A stretch of 64,000 nucleotides of DNA from Octopus bimaculoides (lineage: Eukaryota), in the NCBI RefSeq assembly GCF_001194135.2, contig NC_068989.1, positions 17,075,280 through 17,139,279 on the forward strand. The letters run 5' to 3'. Below, one piece after another: positions 38,960-51,270 of the stretch. Made by a program: the position numbers and the translations under genes. Below the pieces are notes generated by a model. The model did no database searches. It saw only the letters and a program-made list of their open reading frames with translations, and was not told where the DNA came from. Within the stretch, counting starts at the first letter, position 1. Every line of letters starts with the position of its first letter.

Positions 38960-39190
38960 AACGTATCGGTGAAGGATCTTTCACAATCATTCGACCTGCT
39001 GAAAATGGTAACTAAGTCTCACTCAAAACACATACATTCTTACTGCATGAGAAAAGGAAAGGTACGTTGAAAAATGCGGTTCTAGATGCTATGTATCAAA
39101 GCAAAAAGATTGGATGATCATTACTGGAAGACCTTTAGCCATATAACTGTTCAATCAAGGCTGATTTGGATAAACATCAAATTTAACAAA
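38960..39190 (+). mobile_element. Old interspersed repeat (family D, SINE-like), highly diverged
   Basis: ttcgacctgctgaaaat..ggatgatcattactggaagacctt..tcaaggctgatttgg..aaaca. Weakly similar stretches at about 450-600, 8050-8200, 14090-14200, 38720-38875 and 57490-57680, judged by eye. Confidence 0.4.
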
Positions 39191-39813
39191 AACAAAACAC
39201 AAAAAGAACAAAACAATACATAAATCTTAGATTAGATTAATGGGCTATAATCATTCTGTGCCATCATTGTTACATTTATTGACAGAGCTGATCTATAGAT
39301 ATATATGATCGATCAGGAAGTTTCAAACATATTTTACTTGGTCTGGTCGTTATAGTATAGAGCAAAATGTTTCATATTTATGATAACTTCCTATGCTCCA
39401 AGTTCAAATTCCGCTGAGGTCAACTTGCTTGTTTGCCCTTTCGGAGTCGATAAAATAAAGTACCAGTCCAGCGGCGATGAACTAATGGAATTATGAGAGT
39501 ATCGGACGAGGCGCCTTCTGATATTTGTTCTGTTTGTTTGTGATCTCAGTTCTCGAAATGGAAAGATAGACATAATTCCAGGCCTTGTATCTGAGCGTTT
39601 CTAGAGGAGTTCACTCAGTTGTTAGCAATCGAGCCTGGTCTCTAGTTTGAGCATATTTACCTCCCTTTCGTCTACCAATCTTGGAAGCCCTGAAAAAATA
39701 AACAGTTATAGAAGCGTTATGGGTATTACACTTCTTGATTAAACGGCACAAAAAAAAGAGAAAGAAATACTGTTGATAGTAGAAGATATATTAGGGTCGT
39801 TGTTGTTTCTCAC

Positions 39814-39910
39814 CTTGAGGTTTTCTTGTATAAATGTTGTTCGTTGGTATCTGTTGGAATGACTGGAGATGTTGCTTCAATGAAGATTCCTTGCTCGTGG
39901 AGTTGGTCAT
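39814..39910 (-). CDS. Tentative first coding exon of the minus-strand gene (MTNSTSKESSLKQHLQSFQQIPTNNIYTRKPQ, phase 1 out)
   Basis: Acceptor ttttttatatttgccag| (exon starts 39919). In-frame TAA then AAA-ATG at 39910. Donor CAAG|GTGAGA after 39814. Phase 1 matches the 37618 acceptor. Could instead be 5' leader if translation starts at ATG 37595. Confidence 0.45.
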
Positions 39911-40009
39911 TTTCACTTACTGGCAAATATAAAAAATTTATTTCAGGTTCATCAGGATTATGAAGAAAATGAGAATGGAGGTGAAGACGATGATGTTGCT
40001 TATGATGAT

Positions 40010-40040
<31 letters not shown>

Positions 40041-40209
40041 ACCACGATGACGACGGCGACGGCGACGACGACGACGAAGGCGACGACAGCAATGATGATG
40101 ATGTTGAAGATGACGACGATGACGTTGGTAATGGTGATAACAATGGTGCAGTGTGTGGTAGTGACAGTACTTATATGATGCTATACGAATTAAAGATCAC
40201 ATAAAATCA

Positions 40210-40780
40210 TGAACTCGCAGTGTTGAAATCATGTCTTCCTCTAAGCTTCGTCCGTGACAGAAGGTCGAAAATCGCAGTCCCTCCTAACACAACCGGAACC
40301 GGCGCCTCCAGCAACAATACTACGGTCGCCGCTATGTATAACGATCCCATCGCGGGGTGTCATTTTAATCATTTACACAGGAAAACTTTTAAATGCGCCG
40401 TTCACTGTTCGTTTATTTATTAATGTTCTATTATGACGTTCGAAAAGGTTTCGTCGCACTTCTACCACCTAGCCATGGGCATAAAATTCCATTGCAATTC
40501 TTTTATCAACGATCCGGGTAGAATCCAGAAGTACGAAGAACAAAAACGTTTTTGACATTTAATAATAGACATTGCTATGTAGAAATACATTGAAGTTGTA
40601 TATAACAGTAAATGAGTGACTTGAAATGCTTAAAATAACAGTTCGATGATGTAATTGTTTCACAACACACGGTTTCTGAATAAGTCACTTGCAAAATAAG
40701 AACAGCTCCTTTCATCCCTCCCCCGTCACCCCCACACATATATGATGGCTTAACTGGCCGAAACTTCGAAGCCACTGTCA
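40210..40780 (-). promoter_or_regulatory. Candidate promoter/first-exon region of the minus-strand gene
   Basis: Unique-looking, locally GC- and CpG-rich sequence 0.3-0.9 kb upstream of the 39919 exon. No TSS evidence. Confidence 0.3.
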
Positions 40781-40876
40781 ATAATATCTTAAGAATAATA
40801 AATTTGGACTCAACAAAAATATTGAGTAACCCATAAGATTTGTTTTAATTATAACTGAATGTGAAAAACAACCACG

Positions 40877-40926
<50 letters not shown>

Positions 40927-40973
40927 TACGTGTATACATATGTATGCATATATATACATATATACATATATAT

Positions 40974-41008
<35 letters not shown>

Positions 41009-41024
41009 TACACAAACGCATATA

Positions 41025-41140
41025 TACGGTAGAACCTCGCAATACGAGTGCACCATTGTACGAGTAATTTGCTGTACAAGCCGAGGCTCGTGCGAATTTT
41101 TGTCTTGAAGTACGAGCGAAAAATCCGTAAGAATTCTATT
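41025..41140 (+). mobile_element. pogo/Tigger-like DNA transposon terminus
   Basis: TA|CGGTAGAACCTCGCAATACGAG resembles Tigger-type TIRs (TA-CAGTAGAACCTCG); no transposase visible. Confidence 0.45.
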
Positions 41141-41426
41141 ATTACGCGAATATAAACATGTTTACACGCAGGTGTATAATAAGACAAATAATTAATTATG
41201 GGTAAAAAAACGTACTAAAACTTGTGTAAAATTTATATATATAAGAATATATAAGAACTTAAAACATTTATAAGGACTTATGAATCTATATATTAGTGCT
41301 AAAATATTATGTATTATATATTCACACTTAAGTTCAAATAAGGTTCAATGAAGATAGAATAGAATACTAAACAAATACGGTAATGAATAAATAGATAAAT
41401 AAATAGAAATATATATTTAGTATATA

Positions 41427-41828
41427 GGCGTAGGAGTGGCTGCGTGGTAAGTAGCTTCCTTACCAACCACATGGTTCCGGGTTCAGTCCCAGTGCGTGGC
41501 ACCTTGGGCAAGTGTCTTCCACTATGGCCTCGGGCTGACCAAAGCCTTGTGAGTGGATTTGGTAGACGGAAACTGAAAGAAGCCTGTCGTATATATGTAT
41601 ATATATATGTATGTGTGTTTGTGTGTCTGTGTTTGTCCCCCCACCGTCGCTTGACAACCGATGCTGGTGTGTTTACGTCCCCGTAACTTAGCGGTTCGGC
41701 AAAAAGAGACCGATAGAATAAGTACTAGGCTTACAAAGAATAAGTCCTGGGGTCGATTTTCTCGACTAAAGACGGTACTCCAGCATGGCCGCAGTTAAAT
41801 AACTGAAACAAGTAAAAAAGAAAAAAAG
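41427..41828 (+). mobile_element. SINE family A, full length
   Basis: Co-linear with 25252-25660. Confidence 0.9.
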
Positions 41829-41879
41829 AGTATACATACATTTTGTAATAAAGAAGAGACTATCACCTCTAAAATTTAT

Positions 41880-41931
<52 letters not shown>

Positions 41932-42589
41932 TACATAAATGCGAAAACACATACATGTATACGAAAGGCTAACTACTAACTAGAAAAGGCTCTGAATGAA
42001 AGGACTCAAAACTAGTTTACCCGTTCTGAATAATGATATGCATAGCATGAAGATAAATGTGATTCGTTACAGATGATCTCATGTTTCGCTCTTCAAACGA
42101 GGTTTTCAAACGAATGAAATATTTGGCTTGATTGATGGAGTTTATAGAGATTTATCACAAAACTGATAAAGAAGAGAATTTAACTGTACAAGTTGCATTC
42201 AGGCTAATATATATATATACATAAAATTAACGAAGAGGAGATAGGCAGTTTAATGGGAGGAACTTAATTTTTTGTAAAAGACAGAAAACAATGTTATTTG
42301 TAAAGAATGCGGGCAGGAAAAATATATAGAAATATTAAAGTTTTAAAGGATGTACTTTTCCTTCATCGAAAAGAATAGTAAAGAAAGAGAGATAGATAAA
42401 AGATATAACAAAGACAAAATAGAGATGAGTTAATTCACGTGCGTTTACGTGAAGACCATTTTTTTGGTGGTGAGACGGGAAAGAAAGTGGAGGGTAAAAT
42501 GTTGACTGTAAGTGCCAGCTGTTATATGCGCATCTATTGCTTTCAAAAGTTTGTGTTTTTAATTTGTGTATGTGTACATATAATTTATC

Positions 42590-42646
42590 TATCTATTTAC
42601 CTGTCTATCTCCTCTGTGTTGAGCCCTGTGTGGCTAATAAAGAAAC

Positions 42647-42709
<63 letters not shown>

Positions 42710-42718
42710 CTTATCTAC

Positions 42719-42761
<43 letters not shown>

Positions 42762-42762
42762 C

Positions 42763-42822
<60 letters not shown>
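42590..42822. repeat. (TATC)n microsatellite
   Basis: Direct reading. Confidence 0.95.
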
Positions 42823-44169
42823 TGTGTGTGTGTGTGCGTGTGCGTGCGTGTTTTTTTGGCGTGTGACAGTGTACTTGTGTCAATAGTGGATACGCATTTG
42901 TGTTTGTTGAGGTGTCATGCTTTATGTATAGTGTGTCACAGAAAATAGCAGGGGTCTGCGCGTTTGTGTGTTTGTGTGTTTGTGCGTATGGGTTTGCCGT
43001 ATGTATTTAACATTTGCGTATTCTTGTGCCAATAACAGATGCGTATGTATGTGTATGTGAATGTTAATTGCGTTACATGGCCGTTGTTTTGTGTGGTCGT
43101 GTATGTGAGCGCGTTTTCAGAAGTGTATGTGCTTGTGTCATTGGTAAACCTGTATTTTGTTTTATTGTACTGATGTTTATGTACTGTGTGTGTATTAGAA
43201 AAATAACAGGCGAATGCATGTGTATGTTTGTTTATTTGTGTTTATTTTAGACGTGTGTGTAACTGAGGGTGCATGAATGTTGAAATGAAATAGCTTAATG
43301 TGTGTATATTTGAAAACATGGCAAAAGAATTGTAAAAGAAGTCAGGAGTTCAAGCCACGTGGTTGTAATGTTCCAAGAAGGAATGTAAGTTCCCGTTCTC
43401 TTTGCTCGGGCGCAAATTTGGAGATCCGCAATATAAGACTAAAACAAAGAGGCGTTCTGTGGAATGGTGTGCTAAAATAACGGGCAATAATTAATACATT
43501 ACCGAATCGGATGTCTCAAAAATGCTTGGTGAATCTGTCGACTAAATTCCTGCAGTTTTTCCTGTGTAGACCTACCACATAACAAGGAATATGTAAGGGG
43601 TCTTAAAAGCACAGGTATGAGTAATTATTTAAACCAAATGGTGTAGTATTGTTGGCGAGGAAAGCGTGTGATAACGGGGGCCAGGCGGAGGGAAAGTTGG
43701 GTTGGTAGTGCAGTATAGGTAGGTGCTGCAGATTACTACGTCACGCAGTTTGTGGACACGCTTAAAGGAAGAGAGGAATGAATTACAGACGAGTTGCAAA
43801 ATGATGAAGTCGAACTGGGGGAATCGGAATTGTCGAGCGATGGTGAGGAGAAGAGGTAAGTTGGAAATGGTAAGAGAGGAGTAAGGGACGACCATGAGTC
43901 CAACACCCTAACCACTAAGCCACGCATCTCCACCATGGCTTATAAATTACTGAGATTACAGCGACCCCAGCACTTGACCGGTACTTAAATATGTCGTCCT
44001 TGAAGGGATGAAGGGCAAAGTTGACTTCGGTGGGATTTGAACTCATAACATAAAGTACTGGAAGAACTGGTTCTAAGCATTTCTCCAATGTGCTAAAGAC
44101 TCTGATAGCACACTACTTTCTTCAATATCATAAGAGGTTGTGACATTCATGCGTTTCTAAAGATATATA

Positions 44170-44500
44170 GGTAATATTTCTTAAACTGCAACACAAAGGT
44201 TATACTTCCGCTTTAAGACCAAGAAATACTTTGATCCTGATCGCCTACAAAGCCTCTACAAAATTAAATACACATTAGCTTCCTGCAGACATATCTGAGA
44301 TGGCACTGTTACCCGCAAACCACATCGCAGGGAGAGCTAATTAATGGATTGGCTGACATTCAACCCACTACAACTCTTGGCTCACAGATATCCAGTTTTA
44401 TCTCCCTGCTTCTGTCGCAAATACAACGATATCTACTCTCTGTAAAAAAATGAACAGCACTTCCATTCAAGCTCACCAAAGTTTCACTCCACAGATTCTA
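44170..44500 (+). mobile_element. Old CR1/L2-like LINE 3' fragment
   Basis: Degenerate translation RTKKYFDPDRLQSLYK..CRHI*DG..LQLLAHR resembles the post-RT region of CR1/L2-group LINEs. Confidence 0.45.
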
Positions 44501-44520
44501 CACCCAATTCTCTGAAAAGT

Positions 44521-44733
44521 GCCGAGCTGGCAGAATCATTAGCATACCGGGCAAAATGCTTTGCTTGCGGCATTTCATTTGTGTTTACGTCCTGAGTTCA
44601 AATCCGCCGAGGTCCACTTTGCCTTTCATCATTTCGGGGTCGATAAAAAAAGTACGAGTTGTGCACTGGGGTCGATATAATCGACTTACTACTCTCCCGA
44701 ACTTGCTGGCCTCGTGCTAATATTTGAAACCAA
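44521..44733 (+). mobile_element. SINE family B copy
   Basis: gccgagctggcagaatcattagc...ctgagttcaaatccgccgagg. Other copies at about 7570-7740, 8690-9010, 22460-22830, 27490-27960, 39400-39470 and 43960-44115. Confidence 0.85.
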
Positions 44734-45079
44734 TATTTTCTTAATTTCCTCTTTTCTCCCAAACTGCTATTCTTTTCAACCTTTCAGCAACAATTTCTTT
44801 TCTCCAACAGAATTTCAAACTGAACATCAATCATATCAACCTCACCTGCCTGGGAGGTCTTGTAAATATTATGAGCGCCGAGTGTTGTCGTTTGATTAGC
44901 ATAAGAAAAGAAAAAAATCTTTACCGAAGTAAGTTAATTGATAGATTTAAAACTGTAAAGAAAAGCCAGTTTGCGGTCGAAACCAAGGTAAGAGAATTAT
45001 CGTACAAACAAGAACAATGGTAACAAAAGACAACACCTAACTGTTTATTATAAAAGGCATGAATAACGTTATTGAAGAA

Positions 45080-45278
45080 GAGAGGGAGAGAGGGAATGAG
45101 ACAGAGACAGAGACAGAGAGAGGGAGAGAGAGAATGAGACAGAGAGAGAGAGAGAATGATTGATATAAAGAGACAGAGAACAATTGATATAAGGAGAGAT
45201 AGAGAGAAAGAGACAAAGAGACAAAGAGAGAGATATAGAGAGACAAAGGGAGACAAAGAGAGATAGAGATAGATGAGT

Positions 45279-45330
<52 letters not shown>

Positions 45331-45451
45331 AAGGCAGAGACGAAGAAAGATAAAAGTAGAGATAAACAGAGAGAAAGAGACTGAGAGAGAGAAGAGAGAG
45401 AGACAAAAGCAGAGATGAAGAAAGATAGAAGGAGAGACAAAGAAAGAGAGG

Positions 45452-45538
<87 letters not shown>

Positions 45539-45540
45539 CT
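45080..45540. repeat. Degenerate (GA)n-rich tract
   Basis: Direct reading. Confidence 0.95.
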
Positions 45541-45799
45541 AAGGATGTTGGTAGTTGATACGAACAGACTGAAAGCTAATTCACCTTATTCAAACAGATC
45601 TGAAGCCAATGTTTTCACAACGCTCAACTAAGTCCATCATTGTAGTAAGGAGAAAGCCAATTATTACAAAAAACCAAAACATCGTTTCTTCTATTCTGAC
45701 AAACAAGTAAAAAACAAACAAACACACCAGGGCAAACACACCAGTACGAAACGTGACTGTTTTAAACAACAAATATGATAGGAGTAAATATTTCATCAA

Positions 45800-45800
45800 G

Positions 45801-45863
<63 letters not shown>

Positions 45864-46005
45864 CGCCTGTCTGTCTGTCTGTCTGCCTACCTGCCTGCCT
45901 GTCTGTCTGTCTGTCTGTCTGTCTATCTGTCTGTCTGTCTGTCTGTCTGTCTTTCTGTCTAGCTGTCCGTCTGTCTATCTATCCGTCTGTCTGTCCGCCT
46001 GTTCG

Positions 46006-46068
<63 letters not shown>

Positions 46069-46275
46069 GTCTGCCTGCCTGCTTGCCTGCCTGCCTGCCT
46101 GTCTGTCTGTCCGCCTGTCTGTCTGCCTGTCTGTCTGCCTGCCTGTCTCTCTGTTTGTCCGTCTTTCTGTCTGTCCGTCTGTCTATTTGTCCGTCTGTCT
46201 ATCTGTCCGTCTGTCTGTCTATCTGTCCGTCTGTCTGTCTGCCTGTTCGTCCGTCCGTCTGTCCATTTGTTTGTA

Positions 46276-46327
<52 letters not shown>

Positions 46328-46330
46328 AAC
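45800..46330. repeat. Compound (TATC)n/(TGTC)n/(TGCC)n/(CGTC)n microsatellite
   Basis: Direct reading. Confidence 0.95.
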
Positions 46331-46437
46331 CTAGCTAGCTAGTTAGCCATATGTACTCGTATCTGTATTCGTTTGTGCGAATGTATATGTATGTGAATTT
46401 TTATGTTTGTGTGTGATTACATACACGTGTGTGTGAA

Positions 46438-46483
<46 letters not shown>

Positions 46484-47139
46484 CAAACGCTTTTCCTTCT
46501 ATCGCCCTTCTTGTTTTACACACAGCAGGAAAGTACCACACGAACAAGGTTAATATTTATACGCAGTTTCTGTTTGTATTATTGTAATTAACAGGTCGAC
46601 TGGAGCTGTCAAATTAAATTCTTTGTGTTCATGCTCACACACTCTTCCATCCATCCATCCATCCATTGGTCCATCCATTAATCCATCCATCTATCGACGT
46701 GTTTATGCGCTCCTTGCCATTTTAATTTCCCTGTAGAGGCTGATAAACTTGGTTTGATTGCCTGTGTAATGTCATGAAAGATAAAAACCTTTCTAATGAA
46801 AGATTCTTTCGATTTTTCTCTTGTCTAACATTAACATTCTTATGGTAAGGTCGGGGTTAATATAACTAGTATGCCTGCCTGTCCAAGATAATTAATTAAA
46901 ATCAAACGTGAGATCTTTGATCTTTTACTTGTTTCAATCATTGGACTGTGGCCATGCTGGTGCACAGCTTTGAAGGGTTTTTGTCGAAGAAATCGACCCC
47001 TTCCAGAACTTATTTTCTAAATCTGGTACATATTTCTATCGGTCTCTTTTGATGAGCTGCTAAGTCACGAGGACATAAACAAACCAATATCGGTTATCAA
47101 GCAGTGGTGGTGGTGGTAAAATACAATATAAACACATAG

Positions 47140-47508
47140 GTTGTTGGCACTCCGTTGCTTACGACGTCGAGGGTTCCAGTTGATCCGATCAACGGAACAA
47201 CTTGCTCGTGAAATTAACGTGCAAGTGGTTGAGCACTCCACAGACACGTGTACCCTTAATGTAGTTCTCGGGGATATTCAGCGTGACACAGTGTGACAAG
47301 GCTGACCCTTTGAATTACAGGCACGACAGAAACAGGAAGTAAGAGTGAGAGACAGTTGTGGTGAAGGAGTACAACAGGGTTCGCCACCATCCCCTGCCGG
47401 AGCCACGTGGAGCTTTAGGTGTTTTCGCTCAATAAACACTCACAACGCCCGGTCTGGGATCCTATGACCGCAAGTCCGCTGCCCTAACCACTGGGCCATT
47501 GCGCCTCC
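47140..47508 (-). mobile_element. SINE family C (tRNA-like head GGAGGCGCAATGGCCCAGTGGTTAGGGCAGCGGAC), B-box region partly deleted
   Basis: tRNA-like 5' end on the minus strand and 3' end ggagtgccaacaac. The 3' part matches 18330-18550 (+) and the stub at 19136-19150. Confidence 0.8.
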
Positions 47509-48554
47509 GCAAACACATAGGTACATAAACACAAAGGCACACACACACATGCACACACACATGACGGTCTTCTTTTAGTTTCTGTCTTCCAAATCCTCTC
47601 ACAAGGCTTTGGACGGGCTAGGGCTAAAGTAAAAGACAGTTACCCGAGGTGACACGAAGTAGGAATGAACCCAGAACTATGTGGTTATGAAGCAAACTTC
47701 TTACCATACAACCTGCGCATATATGACGAGAAAGTTTCTTTAACTTCATGATTAACTTTAGCCAAAAACGACACCTGACAGGCTTGAAATTTTAATTAAA
47801 ATGTATTTCAACAAAAATCTAAGTAATGGCGTATGATTGAACTAACTGCATTGTGACATCTCCGCATATATTTTATAGATTTCATCCGATTAACTTTTGT
47901 GAACAATTTAAGTCGAGATGCAAGGGGTTAAGAAACCAGCATTGGCAATTGCACATTAAGAAGATTAGTAAACATAAAAAAATTGTGGCTATCGACTTCC
48001 TGTTAATTATTTTCTCTTCTTGACATACACACACGCACACATACACATACATACATATACATACACAGTTTTAAATATATATATANNNNNNNNNNNNNNN
48101 NNNNNNNNNNNNNNNNNNNNNNNNNNNNNNNNNNNNNNNNNNNNNNNNNNNNNNNNNNNNNNNNNNNNNNNNNNNNNNNNNNNNNNNNNNNNNNNNNNNN
48201 NNNNNNNNNNNNNNNNNNNNNNNNNNNNNNNNNNNNNNNNNNNNNNNNNNNNNNNNNNNNNNNNNNNNNNNNNNNNNNNNNNNNNNNNNNNNNNNNNNNN
48301 NNNNNNNNNNNNNNNNNNNNNNNNNNNNNNTGTGACATCTCCGCATATATTTTATAGATTTCATCCGATTAACTTTTGTGAACAATTTAAGTCGAGATGC
48401 AAGGGGTTAAGAAACCAGCATTGGCAATTGCACATTAAGAAGATTAGTAAACATAAAAAAATTGTGGCTATCGACTTCCTGTTAATTATTTTCTCTTCTT
48501 GACATACACACACGCACACATACACATACATACATATATATATATATACATATA

Positions 48555-48714
48555 TACGACGGGCTTCTTTCAGTTTCCGTCTACCAAATCCACTCACAAG
48601 GCTTTGGTCGGCCCGAGGCTATAGTAGAAGACACTTGCCCAAGCTGCCATGCAGTGGGACTGAACCCAGAACCATGTACTTGGTAGGCAAGCTACTTACC
48701 ACACAGCCACTCCT
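48555..48714 (-). mobile_element. SINE family A, 5' half
   Basis: Near-identical to 17951-18113. More decayed copies at about 20270-20470, 24960-25130, 26650-26760, 46925-47110, 47560-47720 and 53055-53190. Confidence 0.9.
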
Positions 48715-49311
48715 ATACACAGCCATATAGAATGTAAGGATAAAAATCACGTTAATGATTTTGATCAGGTAGTCAGCATGCTATATATATATATATATAT
48801 TAGATAATAAAACGAATGGTTTATACCTGGTAACTTACCGGTAAAACACGGTCACTTTCACAGTGCCCGTTATGTATATGGTAAATGAAAGACGAAAGAT
48901 GGAATATACGAGAATTTTTATTAATCACTACAATTGTTTCGACACATCTAGCATCGATCCCTCACGAGTGGGATACTTGACAGCTAGTTCAGGAGCATCC
49001 GACGGTGCAGATGTGTTTCTTCAGGTGATAAATAGGATGGAACAATACACGTGCGCGCGCACACACACACACACACACAAGCACACGCATATATAAACCT
49101 GTTTTTCAGAGACTTAGTTAAGAGGGAGTTGACAGCAGCCGATGGTGGTTAGCCCTGGATAGGTTATTAGATTAGAATTGATTCGGTTTAGTAAGAAAAT
49201 AGTGATAGATATTCTAGAGTAGAAGAAGAGCTAGTTAGTAACGTAAAAGTACTTGGAAAATGCATCGCAACTGACGTGCTAGCAGCAAGATTGGCTCTTG
49301 GTGGATTCTTA

Positions 49312-49533
49312 TTTCTTTGTTGCCCACAGGGGCTAAACATAGAGGGGACAAACAAGGACAGACAAAGGGGTTAAGTCGATTACATCGACCCCAGTGCGTA
49401 ACTGGTACTTAATTTACCGACCCCAAAAGGATAAAAGGCAAAGTCGACCTCGGCGGAATTTGAACTCAGACCGTAACGGCAGACGAAATACCGCTTAGTA
49501 TTTCGCCCGGCGTGCTAACGATTCTGCCAGGTC
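49312..49533 (-). mobile_element. SINE family B (head GGCGAGCTGGCAGAATCGTTAGCACGCCGGGCG), young copy with TSD
   Basis: A box TGGCAGAATCGTT and B box GAGTTCAAATTCC. Flanks cttggtggattctta (49297-49311) and cttggaggattctta (49534-49548). Confidence 0.9.
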
Positions 49534-49599
49534 CTTGGAGGATTCTTAGATATTAAGTACGAAGGTTGCGTTGCTAAAGCATGAGAGAACGAAAACTGT

Positions 49600-51270
49600 T
49601 CGATGGGCCCGGGTGGCAGGGGCATAACGTGGCAATAAAACCACAATTCAGTCCTTGGTGGATCATGAATGGTACATGCCACTCGATTCCAAGTAGATAA
49701 CTATGCTTATTAGCGGCGCTTCGCTAAAAAGTGGATGGTGGACTGAAAACGGAGATGGGTTTTACCGCCTACCTCGAAGATTTGTCACAGTCCTTGTCTG
49801 GGGATGCAGCGTTCTACAAATGACTGATAACGGCTAACGAAATACAGAGGCGATGGGCAGCCAAATGAGGGAGAATTCACGGGGCTGGATGGTCTGCCCT
49901 ACAAGTTTATAGTCATATGCCAGAACTTTTCAGGGACCTCTTGATAGATGTCAACTTCAACTTGCAGTGGAATGGAAGAATTCCCAGTCCTGCAAAAATG
50001 AGGCATGGTGGTGATGCTGAGAATGGATCCGAACAAGGGGAATGATTTTAACAACTTCAGTCTGATAACTTTGCAGTGTTGAATATTTTGGACAAAGGTT
50101 TCAGCTAAGTGGTTAGCGCTTGTCCTCAATACTCTGGTAGGTGAAGCACAGACATGTGCCAAACCAAACATATTTATCCACGACAACCTCACCTCACGTG
50201 GTATATTATAAAAGGGCTGTGTAAAGAGCTTGGCATTGGTGAGACCCTAATCAAATTAGATCTGTCGAAAGCTTTCGACAGGGTCGAATGTTATTAATAC
50301 TTTGCGGGTGTGCTGAAGGCGGCTACACTTAGGCCTATCTTTAGAAGCTGGATCGCTGGAATGTCTAACGACGTTTGTTCTGTGGTCATAGTAAATGGCC
50401 ACCTGTAGGTCAGTCCGCCAACGGTGCCTCCCCCTCCCATTATGTCTATCATCTATTACTACCTGATCGTCGATCCTTGCCTCATTTCACATCCGAACAG
50501 ACTGGAGCGTCTGCGATTTTTGTGGAAGAGACGCATTACATTCGTCAGACGCTCCATTTGCCGTCAACATCCGTTGAGTGAAGGACTGGGCACGCCGTAG
50601 CTAATGATGCACAGACATGTGCTGAGGCTGCGGTACTTCCAACATTTCCTTGATGGTGAAAGAGTGTGATCGCCATCTGTTAGAGTTCTGGGTGTTGACT
50701 AATATCAATTGGATGGTTTTTTTTCCAGAGGACTCTCGACCAAGGACTTATAGATGATTTTCAAAATTCCCGGTCATGTAGTGCTACTGGGGCGGAGAGG
50801 GGGCATCGCCAGTTCTAGATAAACTCTAGAGCCACTACGGTACTGGTAGCCGGCCCTGTCCGAGATGCGTGGAGAACGATGAAGCCATTCTGCAGGCACT
50901 CGTCCAATGCTCCAGTATTGCCGTTATGAGTTTACGCCGAACAACTACTGTCACGTATAGAACAGATCTCGCTATTAACTGAGTCCATTGTGAAGACTGC
51001 TTCACTGCCTACCTTTGACCCGGGAGGGCAGGCTGTCTTTATCTGTTTGGTGGCTATGGCAAAGGGGTTATATTGTGGACGAGATTGAAAGAACTGAAGA
51101 AGTAGTTTCTTTTTTGGCCAAGTTCTTATCAACTGCTTCAGGTTTCACTTGAAAAGAAAACTGATGGTGGAAAGAGAAATGCTGCCTTCCAGCAAATTTC
51201 ATTGAAAGGTGGATGGTAGTGATGGGCATGGTTCGATTGAATGGGCTTGCTCTGAGCATATACTTTTATA
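49600..51270 (+). mobile_element. Decayed L1/Tx1-like LINE fragment (RT plus C-terminal zinc knuckle)
   Basis: Motifs DGLPY, LVGEAQTCAKP, IHDNL, LIKLDLSKAFDRV (about 50250-50290), VVIVNGHL and CPRC..NDEAILQALVQC; many stops and frameshifts. Confidence 0.8.

Noticed and set aside
47440-47508. tRNA gene
   Set aside because: It is a SINE head with the T-arm/B box partly deleted and continues into a SINE body; the same applies to the family A and B heads.
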